Shown in pieces: positions 14,575-26,943 of a DNA stretch of 64,000 bases. Position 1 is the stretch's first letter. Each line of letters starts with the position of its first letter. Position numbers and translations under genes: made by a program. The stretch lies in contig OZ024740.1 of assembly GCA_964016885.1 (NCBI GenBank), forward strand, positions 57,908,001-57,972,000, read 5' to 3'. The notes under the pieces were generated by a model. It was not told where the DNA came from. It did no database searches and worked only from the letters and a program-made list of their open reading frames with translations. This stretch comes from Eledone cirrhosa (taxonomy: Eukaryota).

Positions 14575-14780
14575 AGATTAGCAGAGTCTCGGACACCGTG
14601 CTTTGCAGCATAATTATGTCCCTTTACGTTCTGAGTTCAAATCCTGCTAAGGTTATCATTGCTTTTCATCCTTACGGGGTCGATAAAATAAAGAACTAGT
14701 AAGTACTGGGGTCGATTTAAACATACTTTGCCCTCCCCTTCAAATTGCTGACCTTGTGCCAAAAATAGAAACAATTATTT
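14575..14780 (+). mobile_element. tRNA-derived SINE (family 1)
   Basis: GTTCTGAGTTCAAATCC box B, core TTTCATCCTTACGGGGTCGATAAAATAAAG, tail GACCTTGTGCCAAAAATAGAAACAATTATT. Other copies at 16972-17050, 30275, 32195 and 63950. Confidence 0.85.
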
Positions 14781-14904
14781 TATTGACCCTGGAAGATTGA
14801 AAGGCAAAGTTGACCTTAGTAGGATTTAAACATATGTATCATTTGGTCTGTCTCTTATTCTGTTTCTGCCATTCCACCATCTTGGCAAACAATTAAAGAG
14901 CAAG

Positions 14905-15305
14905 TCAACAAAGGGACCTTCTATGTGGTTGCTCAGCATGCTAGAAAAAACAACCAAATCTCCTTTAAAACTACATCCTACCATTTAATATAAAAAAAAG
15001 ATTACACCAAACAATGTAATCCTGATATAAAATAGATAAAATAGTCATAGTTGGAACACCTTTGCTTGACAGGGGTATAAAATAGCAAACTGTTGTCCAA
15101 TAGTTGTTGTTATTGTTGGTCATCTTTGACCAAACAAATGTATGATCAAATACCTTCCAGCCATGACTATTCTGTCTTTTAGTATATCTGGGATTATTCT
15201 GTCTAATGTATCTTTCCTTTTTTTAACACAGTAGGGTGTGATTTGAAGGAGATTTAGCTGCTATTTGTAGCAGGTCAAGCAAGCGTGTAGAGGACCCTCT
15301 GTCGA
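14905..15305. repeat. Two diverged copies of an interspersed repeat in inverted (tail-to-tail) orientation
   Basis: 14905-15070 (GCTAGAAAAAACAACCAAATCTCC) mirrors 15125-15305 (GGAGATTTAGCTGCTATTTGTAGC). A third copy lies near 41985-42170. Confidence 0.6.
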
Positions 15306-16038
15306 TTCATACTGCAATAGTTATTATATTATATATTTGGGTAAGGCAAACACATTTGCTTACCTCAGTTTACTTAGGTAACATAAGTTTCACTCCTATT
15401 TTATTGAGACCATTAGTTAGTGGGGTGGGGTGGGGTGAATTCCTCATGATGATGATGATGATAATTCTAAAACAATTACTCTAATGGGTAAATGTACAAA
15501 TGAAACAAAAATTATTCCACCTATGTTAAGATCTTATCTCCTCTAAAATAGAAAACATGATATAGAATTACCATTTATTTAAATTCTATTTCAATTTCCT
15601 GTTCCATTGTAATATCTTGTCTTTTCTTTTCTACCTCTTCTTACAGTGTAATTGCTCTTTAGAAATTCTTAGCTGTATGCCATCTTTAGTTGAAACTAAC
15701 TGTTTTACTAAATTCTCGACTTTCCACATTTACTTTCTTTCTCACTCTCAACACTGTTCCAAAAATGTCAACATCTAATTATTCATTCTGAAGCTTGCCA
15801 TTTCTGAAAGTCTCTCCCCTTTTACATATAACTAAACAATATGTTCAACTCTAATTTTTCTATCTTCATTTAAGCCAATCAATCTCACTGGCAAAGCAAT
15901 GCCTTATCTTGTTGAGAGGAGAGAAGAAAAATACAAAACAAAACAAAAAAGGGGGGGGGGGCTCATATCAACATGGAAATTGGAAATAAAAAAGTAAACA
16001 AATAAACAAACAAAATATTGGTATTAAATGTTAAGTAC

Positions 16039-16203
16039 CTTTCCCATGGCAGAATACAGTATCCTTGACTGGTTTTTCAGATATGGCAACTCCTTAACAT
16101 TCTCTCTATATATAACTGCCCAATTTGTCTTCTGTTTACATCTTATCAAAAATCCAGGAAAACATTTAGTTAAATAAGACCAAAGTGGCACATTATTTGA
16201 TTC
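16039..16203 (-). other. Candidate exon, 165 nt, open frame (ESNNVPLWSYLTKCFPGFLIRCKQKTNWAVIYRENVKELPYLKNQSRILYSAMGK)
   Basis: AG|...|GT boundaries, phase 0/0, no stop. Splice contexts are weak and no homologue was recognised. Confidence 0.25.
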
Positions 16204-16314
16204 CTAATTTCATTTCATAATAATACAATAATACTGTTATATTTTTGAAAATCTGAGATGATACAATTGATGACTGACAGTAATTAGTCTGATGCCATAT
16301 ATTTCTAATTGCAA

Positions 16315-16591
16315 ACAGTAATGGTTGGGATGCTTGACGTAGGATCGTAATGTCAGCTGTTAGATTCCTGGGCAGGCTGCTGTGTTGTGTTCTTGGGCAA
16401 AACACTTTATTTCACATTGCTCCAGTACACTCAGCTGATTTGAGTACCAGCTGTAGCTGGGGAGTTAAACCTGCAATAGACCAGTGTCCTGTCCAGGGAG
16501 AGTCTTGTACTCTCAGTTGCTTAGTGTCAAGGAAACTGGGAACAAGCACCGGCCTGATGAGCCTTCAGCTTAGAACAGACTTTAACTTTAA
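16315..16591 (+). mobile_element. tRNA-derived SINE (family 2)
   Basis: Degenerate A/B boxes and central TTCTTGGGCAAAACACTTTATTTCACATTGCTCCAG, then AACCTGCAATAGACCAGTGTCCTGTCCAGGG and a CTTTAACTTTA tail. Second copy at 43525-43790. Confidence 0.8.
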
Positions 16592-17058
16592 ATCATTCCA
16601 AGACCAACTTTTCATGCCCATAAAGTCAATAAAATAAGTACCTGTTTCAGACTTGATTAAATTCATTTCAACTCTTCTTACTTTTACAGACAAATATGTT
16701 TTGTATATTTAGATATACAGATTATATTTAATGTTGTTCTATGACTAATGGGGAAAAAACTAATTATGTAATCAGAGTTTTCTGATTTAATATTTAATAT
16801 TCATTTTGAACAATGGCTCAAAGTCACTTATTCTGGAGAAGGAATAGTTGATTCCATCAACCTTTGTATGTATCTGCTACTAATTTTATATTAAGCTTAA
16901 TTTAAAGAGTGGGAACATGTTCACATGTGTAAACAAACTTTCAAAGAGCACTTTTAGTAGATGGTTATCATTTACGGGGTCGATAAAATAAAGTACCAGT
17001 AATGCACTGGAATAATTGCTGGCCTTGTGTCAAAAGTAGAAACAATTATGTTTTAAAC

Positions 17059-17207
17059 CTTTAGGTGGGTGTAAGGATGAATAATTATTTCATGTGAAAG
17101 AATTCCAAATGAGAGTTTGTTTTCATTGTACACACCTACATCTACATTGAAAACTACTATAACCAGCCAGTCATCCACCACATAAAGTGCTGACTCCTTG
17201 GAATTAT
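17059..17207 (-). other. Candidate exon, 149 nt, open frame (NSKESALYVVDDWLVIVVFNVDVGVYNENKLSFGILSHEIIIHPYTHLK)
   Basis: Strong acceptor TTTTTTTCTTCATCTTTTAG|, donor AAG|GTTTAA. Its phase-0 end matches the 16203 candidate. Confidence 0.3.
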
Positions 17208-18004
17208 CTAAAAGATGAAGAAAAAAAGATAAAAATGTAAATGCAAAAGATACTCCAGCTATGACCTAGATCTGTCAAATATGAATTTTAGACCAAACAA
17301 AAAAATATATTTCTTAGAGGTTATTTTTATGCTTTTTAAAATAATTTTCATCTTAACTCATTTAGTTATGCTAAGTTAATAGTTGGTAGACAGCTGGCAT
17401 AGCACTTCTACAATTCTTTCAACACTTTCATAATTCTTTCAAATGCATTTAATAAGTAAAACAAAACCTTTTTTAATAACCAAATTCTATCTCATGCAAG
17501 ATAATCTTCAAGAATATATTCAGTTACACACTCATTACTTACATTTAACTTGGATAATGTCTCGTCAGTTTATATATATATTTCAGTATAAAGGAATTTT
17601 AAGGAGTCTTCAAATGAAGTAGTTGGTCTTCTTTATCTTTTAAGATTGCATTATCATTTTTATATTTTTTTAGAAAGAGTTGAAAAAACTTTCCTAAATG
17701 TCAAACATTATTATGATGCAGACATCATTTAAACTAGAGATATAAAATAAGTTCCAAAAGAAATTTTATCTGGTAGTTAGCTTATTCATCAACTGAATCA
17801 GTCAAACCAGATCTAAAAGTTATTTTAAGTTGCCAAACACTATAAATGTATCCCAAAGAATCATGACTTTTATATCAACTGGCTACACCTTGACTATACT
17901 TTCTGTAGGCAGAACTAGAAATTTGGGAAAGTGTCTTACATCATAGCCTTGTGTTAATGAACACCTTGTCAATGGAATTTGGTAAATAAAAAGCATGCAG
18001 AAGC

Positions 18005-18005
<1 letters not shown>

Positions 18006-18038
<33 letters not shown>

Positions 18039-18531
18039 TTTACGTCCGCTTTTCCCTGCTTGCAAGGGTGGGATGGGTCTTATTCAGCACACCATCTCTC
18101 CACTCGTCACGGTCCTTCGTCATCTCCACCGTGAGCTTCAATGATCTGAGGTCTGTTCTCACCACCTCCGCCCATGTTTTTCGTGTTCTACCTCTACCAC
18201 GTCTTCCTTCAACTGGCATTTCCTGGCACTTCTTCACCCATCGGTCATCCTCCATGCGCATCACATGTCCATACCACCTCAGTCTCCTCTCCAGTACACT
18301 ACATTCTATCCCTCTCATACACAGTTTCTCTCTCAACACATTTATGCTGGGTCGTTCACGCACATTTACACTGCACATCCAACGGAGCATGCTTGCCTCA
18401 TTTCTCTCCAGCCGTCGCATATCCTCTGCAGTTGCTGCCCATGTCTCACTACCATGCAGCATCGCGCTCCTCACACAGGCATCATACAACCGGCCTTTCG
18501 TACGCAGGGAGAAACCCTTCTTCGTCAACAG
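18006..18531 (-). mobile_element. RTE LINE 3' fragment (subfamily C); the ORF runs almost to the (GAT)n tail
   Basis: ORF 18040-18528: KGRLYDACVRSAMLHGSETW...RRLRWYGHVMRM...RGRGRTRKTW, the typical RTE ORF2 C-terminus. Confidence 0.92.
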
Positions 18532-19254
18532 ATATATATGTATGTATGTATATATATCTATCTGTTTATCTCTTTCTCTCTCTCTCTATATATATATATA
18601 TAATATATATATATATATAGAGAGAGAGAGAGGGGGGGGCGAGAAATAGAGAAATATACTGCATATACTCATATATAAGTCAATAAATATGTCTCTTGTT
18701 GCCTCAATTATGGAAAGGTAAACACCATTTTTCTTTTGCCATTCGACCACTAGCTAATATGTAACAATAACAACATAACTATGGCCTGGCCAGTACCCCA
18801 GCCAGCTGACCGTACCTTTTAAACTCTTAATTTGTTTATTCCTTTGTTTGGCATGCCAACTCAACCTTTGTAATCGGTTTGTAAATAAATTATGTAAAAA
18901 CATTGTAAAGTCTTGAGATGCTATTACCACAGCAATAGCCTTTAAATATGATATGGAAAGATCCTTTCTAGAGTTATTATCACTGGGACTTACAGCCGAA
19001 CCTCAATTCAACTAACATTGCCATATAACAAAACCGTTACATTTATTGATATAACCAAACCATACCTTTCCTGCTACAACACAAATACATATCAATATTA
19101 TTGTTGGTGACCCCTGTTGACACAAATATTATTATCATTATTAATCCTCTGCTAAACAGTCATCAATGCAGATTCATTGAATACATATGCTAAGAAGAGT
19201 TTCAACATTATTCATGCCAATTTTTTTCTGAAATAAAGTTCTTTCATGACTTAC

Positions 19255-19312
19255 GTGTCTTTTACTAAATTCATGCAAATGTCCTCAAAGAACTGAGCAA
19301 AACTATATATCC
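19255..19312 (-). other. Candidate exon, 58 nt (IYSFAQFFEDICMNLVKD)
   Basis: TATTTATAG| acceptor and consensus donor |GTAAGT; one frame is open and protein-like. Confidence 0.3.
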
Positions 19313-19379
19313 CTATAAATATTAGTTGAGAAAATCAGGTAACCCTGGAAATAGAAAAAGTGGACAAAGCTATCTTTGT

Positions 19380-20193
19380 TAAGGCCTAGATAACTATAAT
19401 AAACAGAAAAAGGTCTGAGGATTAAGCCTTGATGAACACCAACCTGCACATTGAATCCTCACTAAACTCATTATCTAAACTCACTTTGCTGACCACACCA
19501 GTGTACATGGCTCATTCTGCTCTCACAAGCTATTCCTTTACCCTTAATTTCCTTTAAAATCACCAGATAACAGATCTTGGAATTTTGTGAAAGGCCTTCT
19601 CCAGATTAACAAAAATTAGATATAGTAGCTTACAGATAGCTAGGAACTTCTTTTGTAGTTCTCTCACTAAGGAGATGGTGTTCTTCCCAGCATAAAACCA
19701 AACTGCATCTCATCTAAGTTGATTCTTTTCCTAATTAGTTATGTGTTATGAAGTTCATCTATCCTCAATATAACTTTGTTTTATTGCATATCTTTCTTTT
19801 CTTACAAATATTATTGTTATATTTCTTCAAGACTAATTACTGTTTTTATATTCTAGATATTGAATAAAAGCTTGGAATTGGAGCTTTAGTTTTGCACAAC
19901 ATTATGCTAAAACACTTTCATAACTTGAACAATCAGTTTTATGTCTCTGTAGTTGCCCCTTTCTACAGCATTATCTTTTCCCTTGTAACAATTAATGATG
20001 TACTGCTATGCCAGTCATTGGGTATGGTACCACTGTGTATTACCTGATTGACTATGTGGGCAATAATTTTGACTACTACTTCACTAAATGATTTCAGTAT
20101 CTCAGTGACTATCTCTGATGGTCCAGCTGCTTTTCCATTTTTCATCTCCTTAATTGCTTCTTTAACATTGTAACTGTCAACTTCAATAGACAT
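19380..20193 (-). mobile_element. Decayed RTE RT fragment with a ~170-bp unrelated insert (~19750-19920)
   Basis: Recognisable [34 protein letters not shown] and VGVHQG motifs, with stops. Confidence 0.8.
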
Positions 20194-20210
20194 TCATATA
20201 TATATTGCAA

Positions 20211-20265
<55 letters not shown>

Positions 20266-21107
20266 TATATCATCATGTGTGTGTGTGTGTATGCATGTAT
20301 ATACACCCCCATATATATATATATATATATATGGGGGTGGATATACACACACGCACGCACACACATACCCATTATGGAAGCAAATTTCTTTTGTCATTAA
20401 TAAAAACAAAGTTTTAGTGTATGTACATAGCGACATTATAGCACCAAGTTGTCACATTACAAGAACTTTGCAGCTGCTATTGTTATTTTTTATATCATAA
20501 ATTAATCTCATGCTTTAAAAGATATCTAAAAAGAAGTAAAAAGTAAAAGTAAATAATTGACTTCTAATGAATGTGACAAGAAACTTAACAAAATTATTTG
20601 AGCTTTCTATTTTATGTCGCAATTACATTTAATTGAAAATGAAAACACATAAAATTTACTGCTCACACCTATTTTCGCTTATCTGGCTTCCTTTGTGGTT
20701 GCATCTCATAGGAGCTTTTGGGGGTGGTTTTATGATAGCTCAACACATGAGGTGTTGTATATTTTGTGATAATAAAACATTTGTGCTAATCAAACATAAT
20801 TATTCATCACACAAAATCAATAAGATCTAATAGAAAAAAAAGAAACATTTAATTAATTAGAGCTTATGGCTTAAGTTGTGATAAGTATAATTTTGGCTAT
20901 CAGTATTCAACCATTATCATCATAATTGTTTTTATACCCATTTTCCAATGCTTGTATATGTTAGAAAATCCTCTCCAGTACAATCTCTACTTGTCTCTTT
21001 CCTTTATGATCACTTTTATGGGCGAAGTTTCTGCCCATGAGTTCTTGATTGTCCTCAACCTTTGGAATTCATGATCAACTTATAATCATCATCCTTATAC
21101 ATTACAT

Positions 21108-21259
21108 CAGGCATGACTGCAAGCTGCATGTGGCCATTTACAAGCACACCTGTGGCCCGCACAAAGGTTTTTACAGCACGAGCGTAATATAAAATGAAAA
21201 ATGTTAGTTGTAATGTGCGCAATTAGTTGTCATGTGTGGCCCTTAGTTTGACATGCCTG
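21108..21259. mobile_element. hAT-type MITE inserted in a decayed RTE fragment
   Basis: TIRs CAGGCATG...CATGCCTG. 8-bp TSD CATTACAT/CATTCCAT (1 mismatch). Confidence 0.75.
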
Positions 21260-21769
21260 CATTCCATGTCTGAACCAAAGCAATCTTCTCTCTTGCACAC
21301 TAAATCTGACTCCTCTTATGTTTAGCTTTTACTTCAGTTCATCCATGTTTTGTTGTTCATGTACATTAACATTATGTATGTATATATATATATGTATATT
21401 TCAAATTTCGATTTTTCCCAATGTTTCTTAAGTCAACCACTTCCATTACACTTCTACCTGCATGCATAAAATCTTCTGAAAAGACAAAATTGTTAGAGTG
21501 ATTAACACACTCACTGACATATGAGAGATGCAGTGTTTGATTCCTTGTAGGCATCTCTATCCACCTTTTTCCATCTCCAGGGATACATTACCAGATTTTC
21601 TCAACTATTATTTATAGTGATCAATTATTACAGCCATTTGCATTGGGATATACACATTTCAAATATATGTGTTCACCAGGAGCCAGTCGTCATATTTATT
21701 ACAGTTCTTCAGGCTTTAACAGAAGTGTTTAAGATTAGCTGTCTATAGGAACTTCTGTCCACCCCACAT

Positions 21770-22133
21770 CCCTTCCATTACCTCCCACATCCTAACCCCC
21801 CACCCCCTCACACATGCTGAAATACCCACCTCCCCAATCCACCACATACTTCTCCCACCAAAGTCCCCAGTCCACACTGTAAAGTGGTTGTGAAGGTGTC
21901 ACGACAAAAAACACCCAGCCCGCACTGTAAAATGCTTGTGTAGATGTCATGACAAAAAGCACCCAGCACACACTGTAAATGTAGAAGGGCATTCAGCTGT
22001 AGAAACCAAGCCAAAAGCAGTTCTGTGTGAACAAGGCATGGTCAGCTGATCTGGCATTTCTCACAACAGGACAACTTGTCTAACCCATGTTAGCGTGGAA
22101 AATGGGTGTTAAACGGTAATGATGAAGATGATT
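21770..22133 (+). mobile_element. Diverged RTE-B-type 3'UTR with (GAT)n tail
   Basis: Three ~41-bp AAAAGCACCCAGCNCACACTGTAAA units, AAGGGCATTCAGCTGTAGAAAC, and CTAACCCATG...AAACGGTAATGATG. Confidence 0.75.
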
Positions 22134-22939
22134 ACGAATGTGTGTATATATATATATAGTGTTAGAAGGTAAGGCGACACAAACAAGAGATGGACAGTTT
22201 CCCTTTCTTAGTTGTCTACTATGGGTCACAGATGTTTTGGTGCATTATAAACAATACAACTATCTGTAGCGCGCCCAAAACATTTGATCTATCAAAGAGC
22301 CATGAGGGAGAGAAGCGATAGTGAAGAGAACGAAAGAAAGAAAAAAGAGAGGAGAAACAAAGGAAGAAAAAAAGGAAAAAAAGAAGTAAACATACTAATA
22401 GAAGGGGGAAACACAGGACAAGGCACATGTAAGTGAGTAACTGAGAAGAAATGATATCAAGTTAAAAAAAGCCATTGGGTTTAAGCCCAGGGGCCATAAC
22501 AACAGTGGAGCTAGGTAAATCCACTTCTGTTCTCAGTGAAAGCAAGCACAGAGAGAAAGCAAGACGGAGGAACCGGAAGTGAGAGGGGGTAGAAGGTAGA
22601 GGGGGTGAATAAGAGGGATAGAAAGAGAGGAGGATGAGGAGGGAAAGGGAGTTAATCCAAAAGGGTGTATGACGCATGTGCAACCAGGACCAACAAACAA
22701 GCGAGATTGATAGAGAGAGAGAGAGAGAGAAAGGGAAGGAGTTGATCCAACAGAGTGGCAGGATATAAGTCCGACCAGGAACAACAAACCAAGCGAGATA
22801 AGTAGACAGGATGGAGTGGAGGTCACAAACACTCGTTATCAGTAACCACACAGTCTCACCTCCCTCAATCCATATTTTTGTATATATCATCATCATCATC
22901 ACTTTATGTCTGCTCTTCCCTGCTTGCAAGGGTGGAACA

Positions 22940-22978
<39 letters not shown>

Positions 22979-23037
22979 TATAAATTAATAAAAAACAATG
23001 AAATAAAAACAAAGAACAAGTTCCTTATATTAAAAAT

Positions 23038-23173
23038 TCATCATTTTACGATCGTTTCTGGGATGTATGTGTGTGTTGGTATGTATATCATATAGATCTA
23101 TGTAAAAATATTACAAATTATCAGAGGAAATATACATACCTTTACATATACATGCCGTCCTCAGAAATGATGA
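23038..23173 (-). ncRNA. Type I hammerhead ribozyme with a 99-nt extended stem II
   Basis: TCATCATTT-CTGAGGA-[99 nt; GGTATGTATAT/ATATACATACC pairing]-GAAAC-GATC-GTA-AAATGATGA. Perfect 9-bp stem I, palindromic loop 3, GUA triplet. Confidence 0.8.
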
Positions 23174-23756
23174 GATGTGTTTATTGAAAAAGACCAACAA
23201 AGATTTAATATAAAAGGACTGTTTGGGAACAGGTTTTGAATTGACCAATAGAAAAGTAGTTAGAGGTCAAGTTGATAGAATAGCAGTAGTAGAAATTTAA
23301 TTTAGGGGTAGAGGAGTGCAGACTTATGTTTTGAATGAAAAGAATACTTTGGGGATGAAAAGAGGTCAAGCCAAATAGATAGTGAAGGGTACACGAAAAT
23401 TTGATGTTATTAAAGAATATGTTAAAAACGATATGTTAAAAACGATAATGTTAAAAACGAAGGAAAATAAAATTTTAGGGTAAGGGTATTAGTGAGAAAT
23501 ACCAATCTTATTTAAACCATAAGAAATCTAGATCTATAACAAGAAATTAAATTAATTGATAGGTATACTTATAGGGATAAAGTTATATTAGTTCATATGA
23601 ATGTGATAAATAAGAATTAGATGTTATTAAAGAGTGTTGTTAAAAACGAAGGAAGGTAAAATTTTGGGATAGGGGTAGTAGTGAGAAATACCAATCTTAT
23701 TTAAACTACAATGGAATTTAGATACATAACAGGAAATTAAATTAATTTATAGGTAT

Positions 23757-26700
23757 CATCATCATCATCATCATCATCAACGTTTAACGTCCGTGTTCCA
23801 CGCTTGCATGGGTTTGGACGGGGGTAGTCCCACTTGAGGCAAGAGTGATTGTCTTGCTCGCATAGGACTGTCTGGCAGGTTTTCTACAGTTGGATGCCCT
23901 TCCTAACACCAACCACATTTACAGTGTGGGTCTGGGAGGTTTTTACCGTGTTGCCTACACGGCCACATTACAGCGTGGACTGTGTGTTTTTTTGTCGTGA
24001 CACCTACACGATCTCATTTGTTTCGGCCTCGATGGCGCGGCACCAACATAACTTTACATAGAACGGGGTGGTGTGGATGGGGTGGGGGTGGTGGTGGTGG
24101 GACGGGGTGTATTTTGTTAGAGATGCCTACTGGCTGGAGTAGGTTTTACTATATATTTAGGTAAGGCGGGTCTTCTCTGTTACTGAGTACCGCCAAAGGT
24201 CTCGGTCCAGTGACATTGTCTTGGAGAGGTGTAAGTGTGTGATGTCGGAGTTTATCAGCTCGTCCCAGGTTTTTCTAGGTCTGCCTATTCCGTGACTACC
24301 GTCTATCTTTATTGCCCTGCACTTTGTTATACAGCTATCGACTTTCATGCGCATCACGTGTCCATACCAACGTAGCCTTCTCTCGAGTAAACAACATCTG
24401 ATCCCTCTTATCTCTAATTTTTTCCTTAGTTCGTTTATGCTTTGCCGTTCACGTATATTACTGTTACACATCCAGCAGAGCATGCAAGCTTCGTTCCTCT
24501 CTAGTCTGCGTATATCCTCTGCACACAATGCCCAGGTCTCACTGCCATGCAGCATTGCTGTTCGTATGCAGCCATCGTACAACCTGCCTTTCATTTTTAG
24601 TGAGAACCCTTTAGCAGCTAATAGTGGTATAAGCTCTCTGAACTTTTTCCAACCAGTTCTGACTCTAGCTACAGTACTTTCAGAGCACCCTCCCCCACTG
24701 CTGATTTTATCGCCCAGGTAACGGAAGCTGTCCACTATTTCTATAGAACCCTCTGCGCAATTGAAAGAGCTAGTATTTTGTGGGCACTTGCTGCTACTTA
24801 TTGCACCAGAGCACCGGCCACATGTAAAATCTATGTTCTTAGTTAGCTTACCTGTGATCCCACTACATCTTTTATGCACCCATACTTTGCATTTAGGACA
24901 TAAAATGGAGTTTCTACCTACGCCTTTCCTACACACCGAGCACGACCATTTCCCAGAGGGACCGCCGCCTTGTTTTCTTTCCTACAAACTAGTACTTTGG
25001 TCTTAGCCAGGTTAATTTTAAGTCCTTTTGACTCTAGGCCGTGCTTCCATGTTTGGAATTTCTTCTCTAGCTCGGCCATTGATTCCGCTATGAGTGTCAG
25101 GTCGTCTGCGTATAGGAGTTCCCATGGGCAGCCTGTCTTGAACTCCTCTGTTATAGCCTGAAGGGCAATAATAAATAGTAGTGGGCTGAGAACAGAGCCC
25201 TGATGGACGCCAACTTTTACGCTAAACTCTTCACTATATTCGTTGTTAATTCTAACCTTGCTGACTGTTTCTTTATACATGGCTTGTATAGCCCTCACAA
25301 GCCATTCGTCAACGCCTAGTTTTCTAAGAGCCCACCAGATAATGGAGCGGGGGACTCTGTCGAAGGCTTTCTCCAAGTCGACAAAAGCTAAGTAGAGGGG
25401 TTTACCTTTAGCTAGGTACTTCTCCTGTAGTTGTCGTACTATGAAAAGAGCGTCTGTGGTACTTTTGCCTGACACAAACCCGAACTGCATTTCATCTAGG
25501 TCAATTCTCTCTCTGATTAGTTGCGCTATTACTTTTTCCGTGACCTTCATGACCTGGTCGATTAATTTAATGCCTCTATAGTTACTCCTATCTAGGGCGT
25601 CTCCTTTACCCTTATAACAGTTAACGATGATGCTGCTATGCCAGTCCTTCGGAACAACCCCATTCTGTACGACTTGGTTAACTATGCGGGTGACCATGGT
25701 GTGTCCCACCGTGCCAGATGCCTTCAGCATCTCAGCAACTATTTCCGAAGGCCCAGCCGCCTTACCCGTCTTCATATCCTTGATTGCCTTACTTATTATA
25801 CTCCCCTCGACTAACACTGCTGGTCCCTCTATTGGGTCGATATGGGGGAGACTGTCTTTCTCCCATTTATTCTCCTCATTTAGTAGCCTTTCATAGTGAC
25901 ACTTCCAAGCTACCTTCTTATCAGCGTCGGTGATGGCAAGTGTGCCATCGTCGTTTAGTACACACTTCTCCCCGACAATATCACGGTTTTCCTTGACGCA
26001 TTGCCTAGCAATCCTGAACACCTCACGTTTTTGGTCATCGCGTTGTAGAACATGCTTGAACTTTCTTTCCTCAGCTTCCCTTCTTGCTAAGTACACTTGT
26101 CTCCTAGCTTCCCTCCTGGCCACTTGATAGTCCTCTCTACTTCCCCCATCCCGCCATACTTTCCAAGCCTGCTTTTTGGCCTTAATTGACCCCTCCACCT
26201 TACTGTTCCACCACCATGTTACTCTCCTCCTGCCTACAGGCCTGCTCCAGCCACAGACTTCGTCTGTCGCCAACAGCAGGTTTGCTTTCAGAAATTCCCA
26301 CTCTCCCTCTATATTGTCCGACTCTAAATGTTCTTCCTTACTGTCGAAAGCATCAAGTAATATGCTTTGAAATTTATTCCTGGCTGTGGGGTCCTTTAGC
26401 TTCCATATTTTTCTCCTGAGGATAGTCCTCTTCTGCTGTCGAGTACGTCTCGTCCTGACTATGAGGTCGCTAATTATCAGTCTATGTTGGGAGGTGCATT
26501 CTTCATGGGGGAGGGATTTAGTGTTTACAACAGACACTCTGTCACGTCTTCTGGTAAGGATATAATCTACCTGGCTTGTGTGTTCTCCGGATCTATAGGT
26601 GATCAGGTGATTGTCACGTTTTTTGAAGTTAGTGTTACAGATAGTTAGGTTATTTGCATCACAGAATTCCAGGATTCTGGAGCCTTCCTCATTTCTAGTA

Positions 26701-26801
26701 CCAAACCCATAGCCTCCATGGATTTCGTCGTAGCCGTCACAATGTTGTCCAACGTGACCATTTAGGTCGCCTGCGATAATTATATAGTCACTGTCGGATG
26801 C
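23757..26801 (-). mobile_element. RTE LINE (subfamily A), 5'-truncated inside the APE domain, 10-bp TSD
   Basis: TSD TTATAGGTAT at 23747-23756 and 26802-26811. (GAT)n tail at 23757. Confidence 0.95.
24157..26801 (-). pseudogene. RTE ORF2 (APE C-half, RT, PHD-like finger, C-terminal domain) with a single frameshift near 24957
   Basis: AGDLNGHVG, VDYIL and SQHRL (APE); FVDLEKAFDRV, GVHQGSVLSP and LYADD (RT); CSVC..CPKC..H..C..CGRC; DSFRYLG. Confidence 0.93.
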
Positions 26802-26943
26802 TTATAGGTATTAATTTTAGGAAAAGAGAGATGTAAGAGGGAAATAAAATTATGAAGTTCTCTGTAGTAAAATACTAATTATAGGTTAACTAAATAAAAA
26901 AAACAATTATAATAATTTGTAAAATATAAGAGTAAGGTGTATA

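Noticed and set aside
22159-22860. Unclassified purine-rich element, possible solo LTR or HHR carrier
   Set aside because: No matching TSD, terminal pair or complete ribozyme core could be found by eye.
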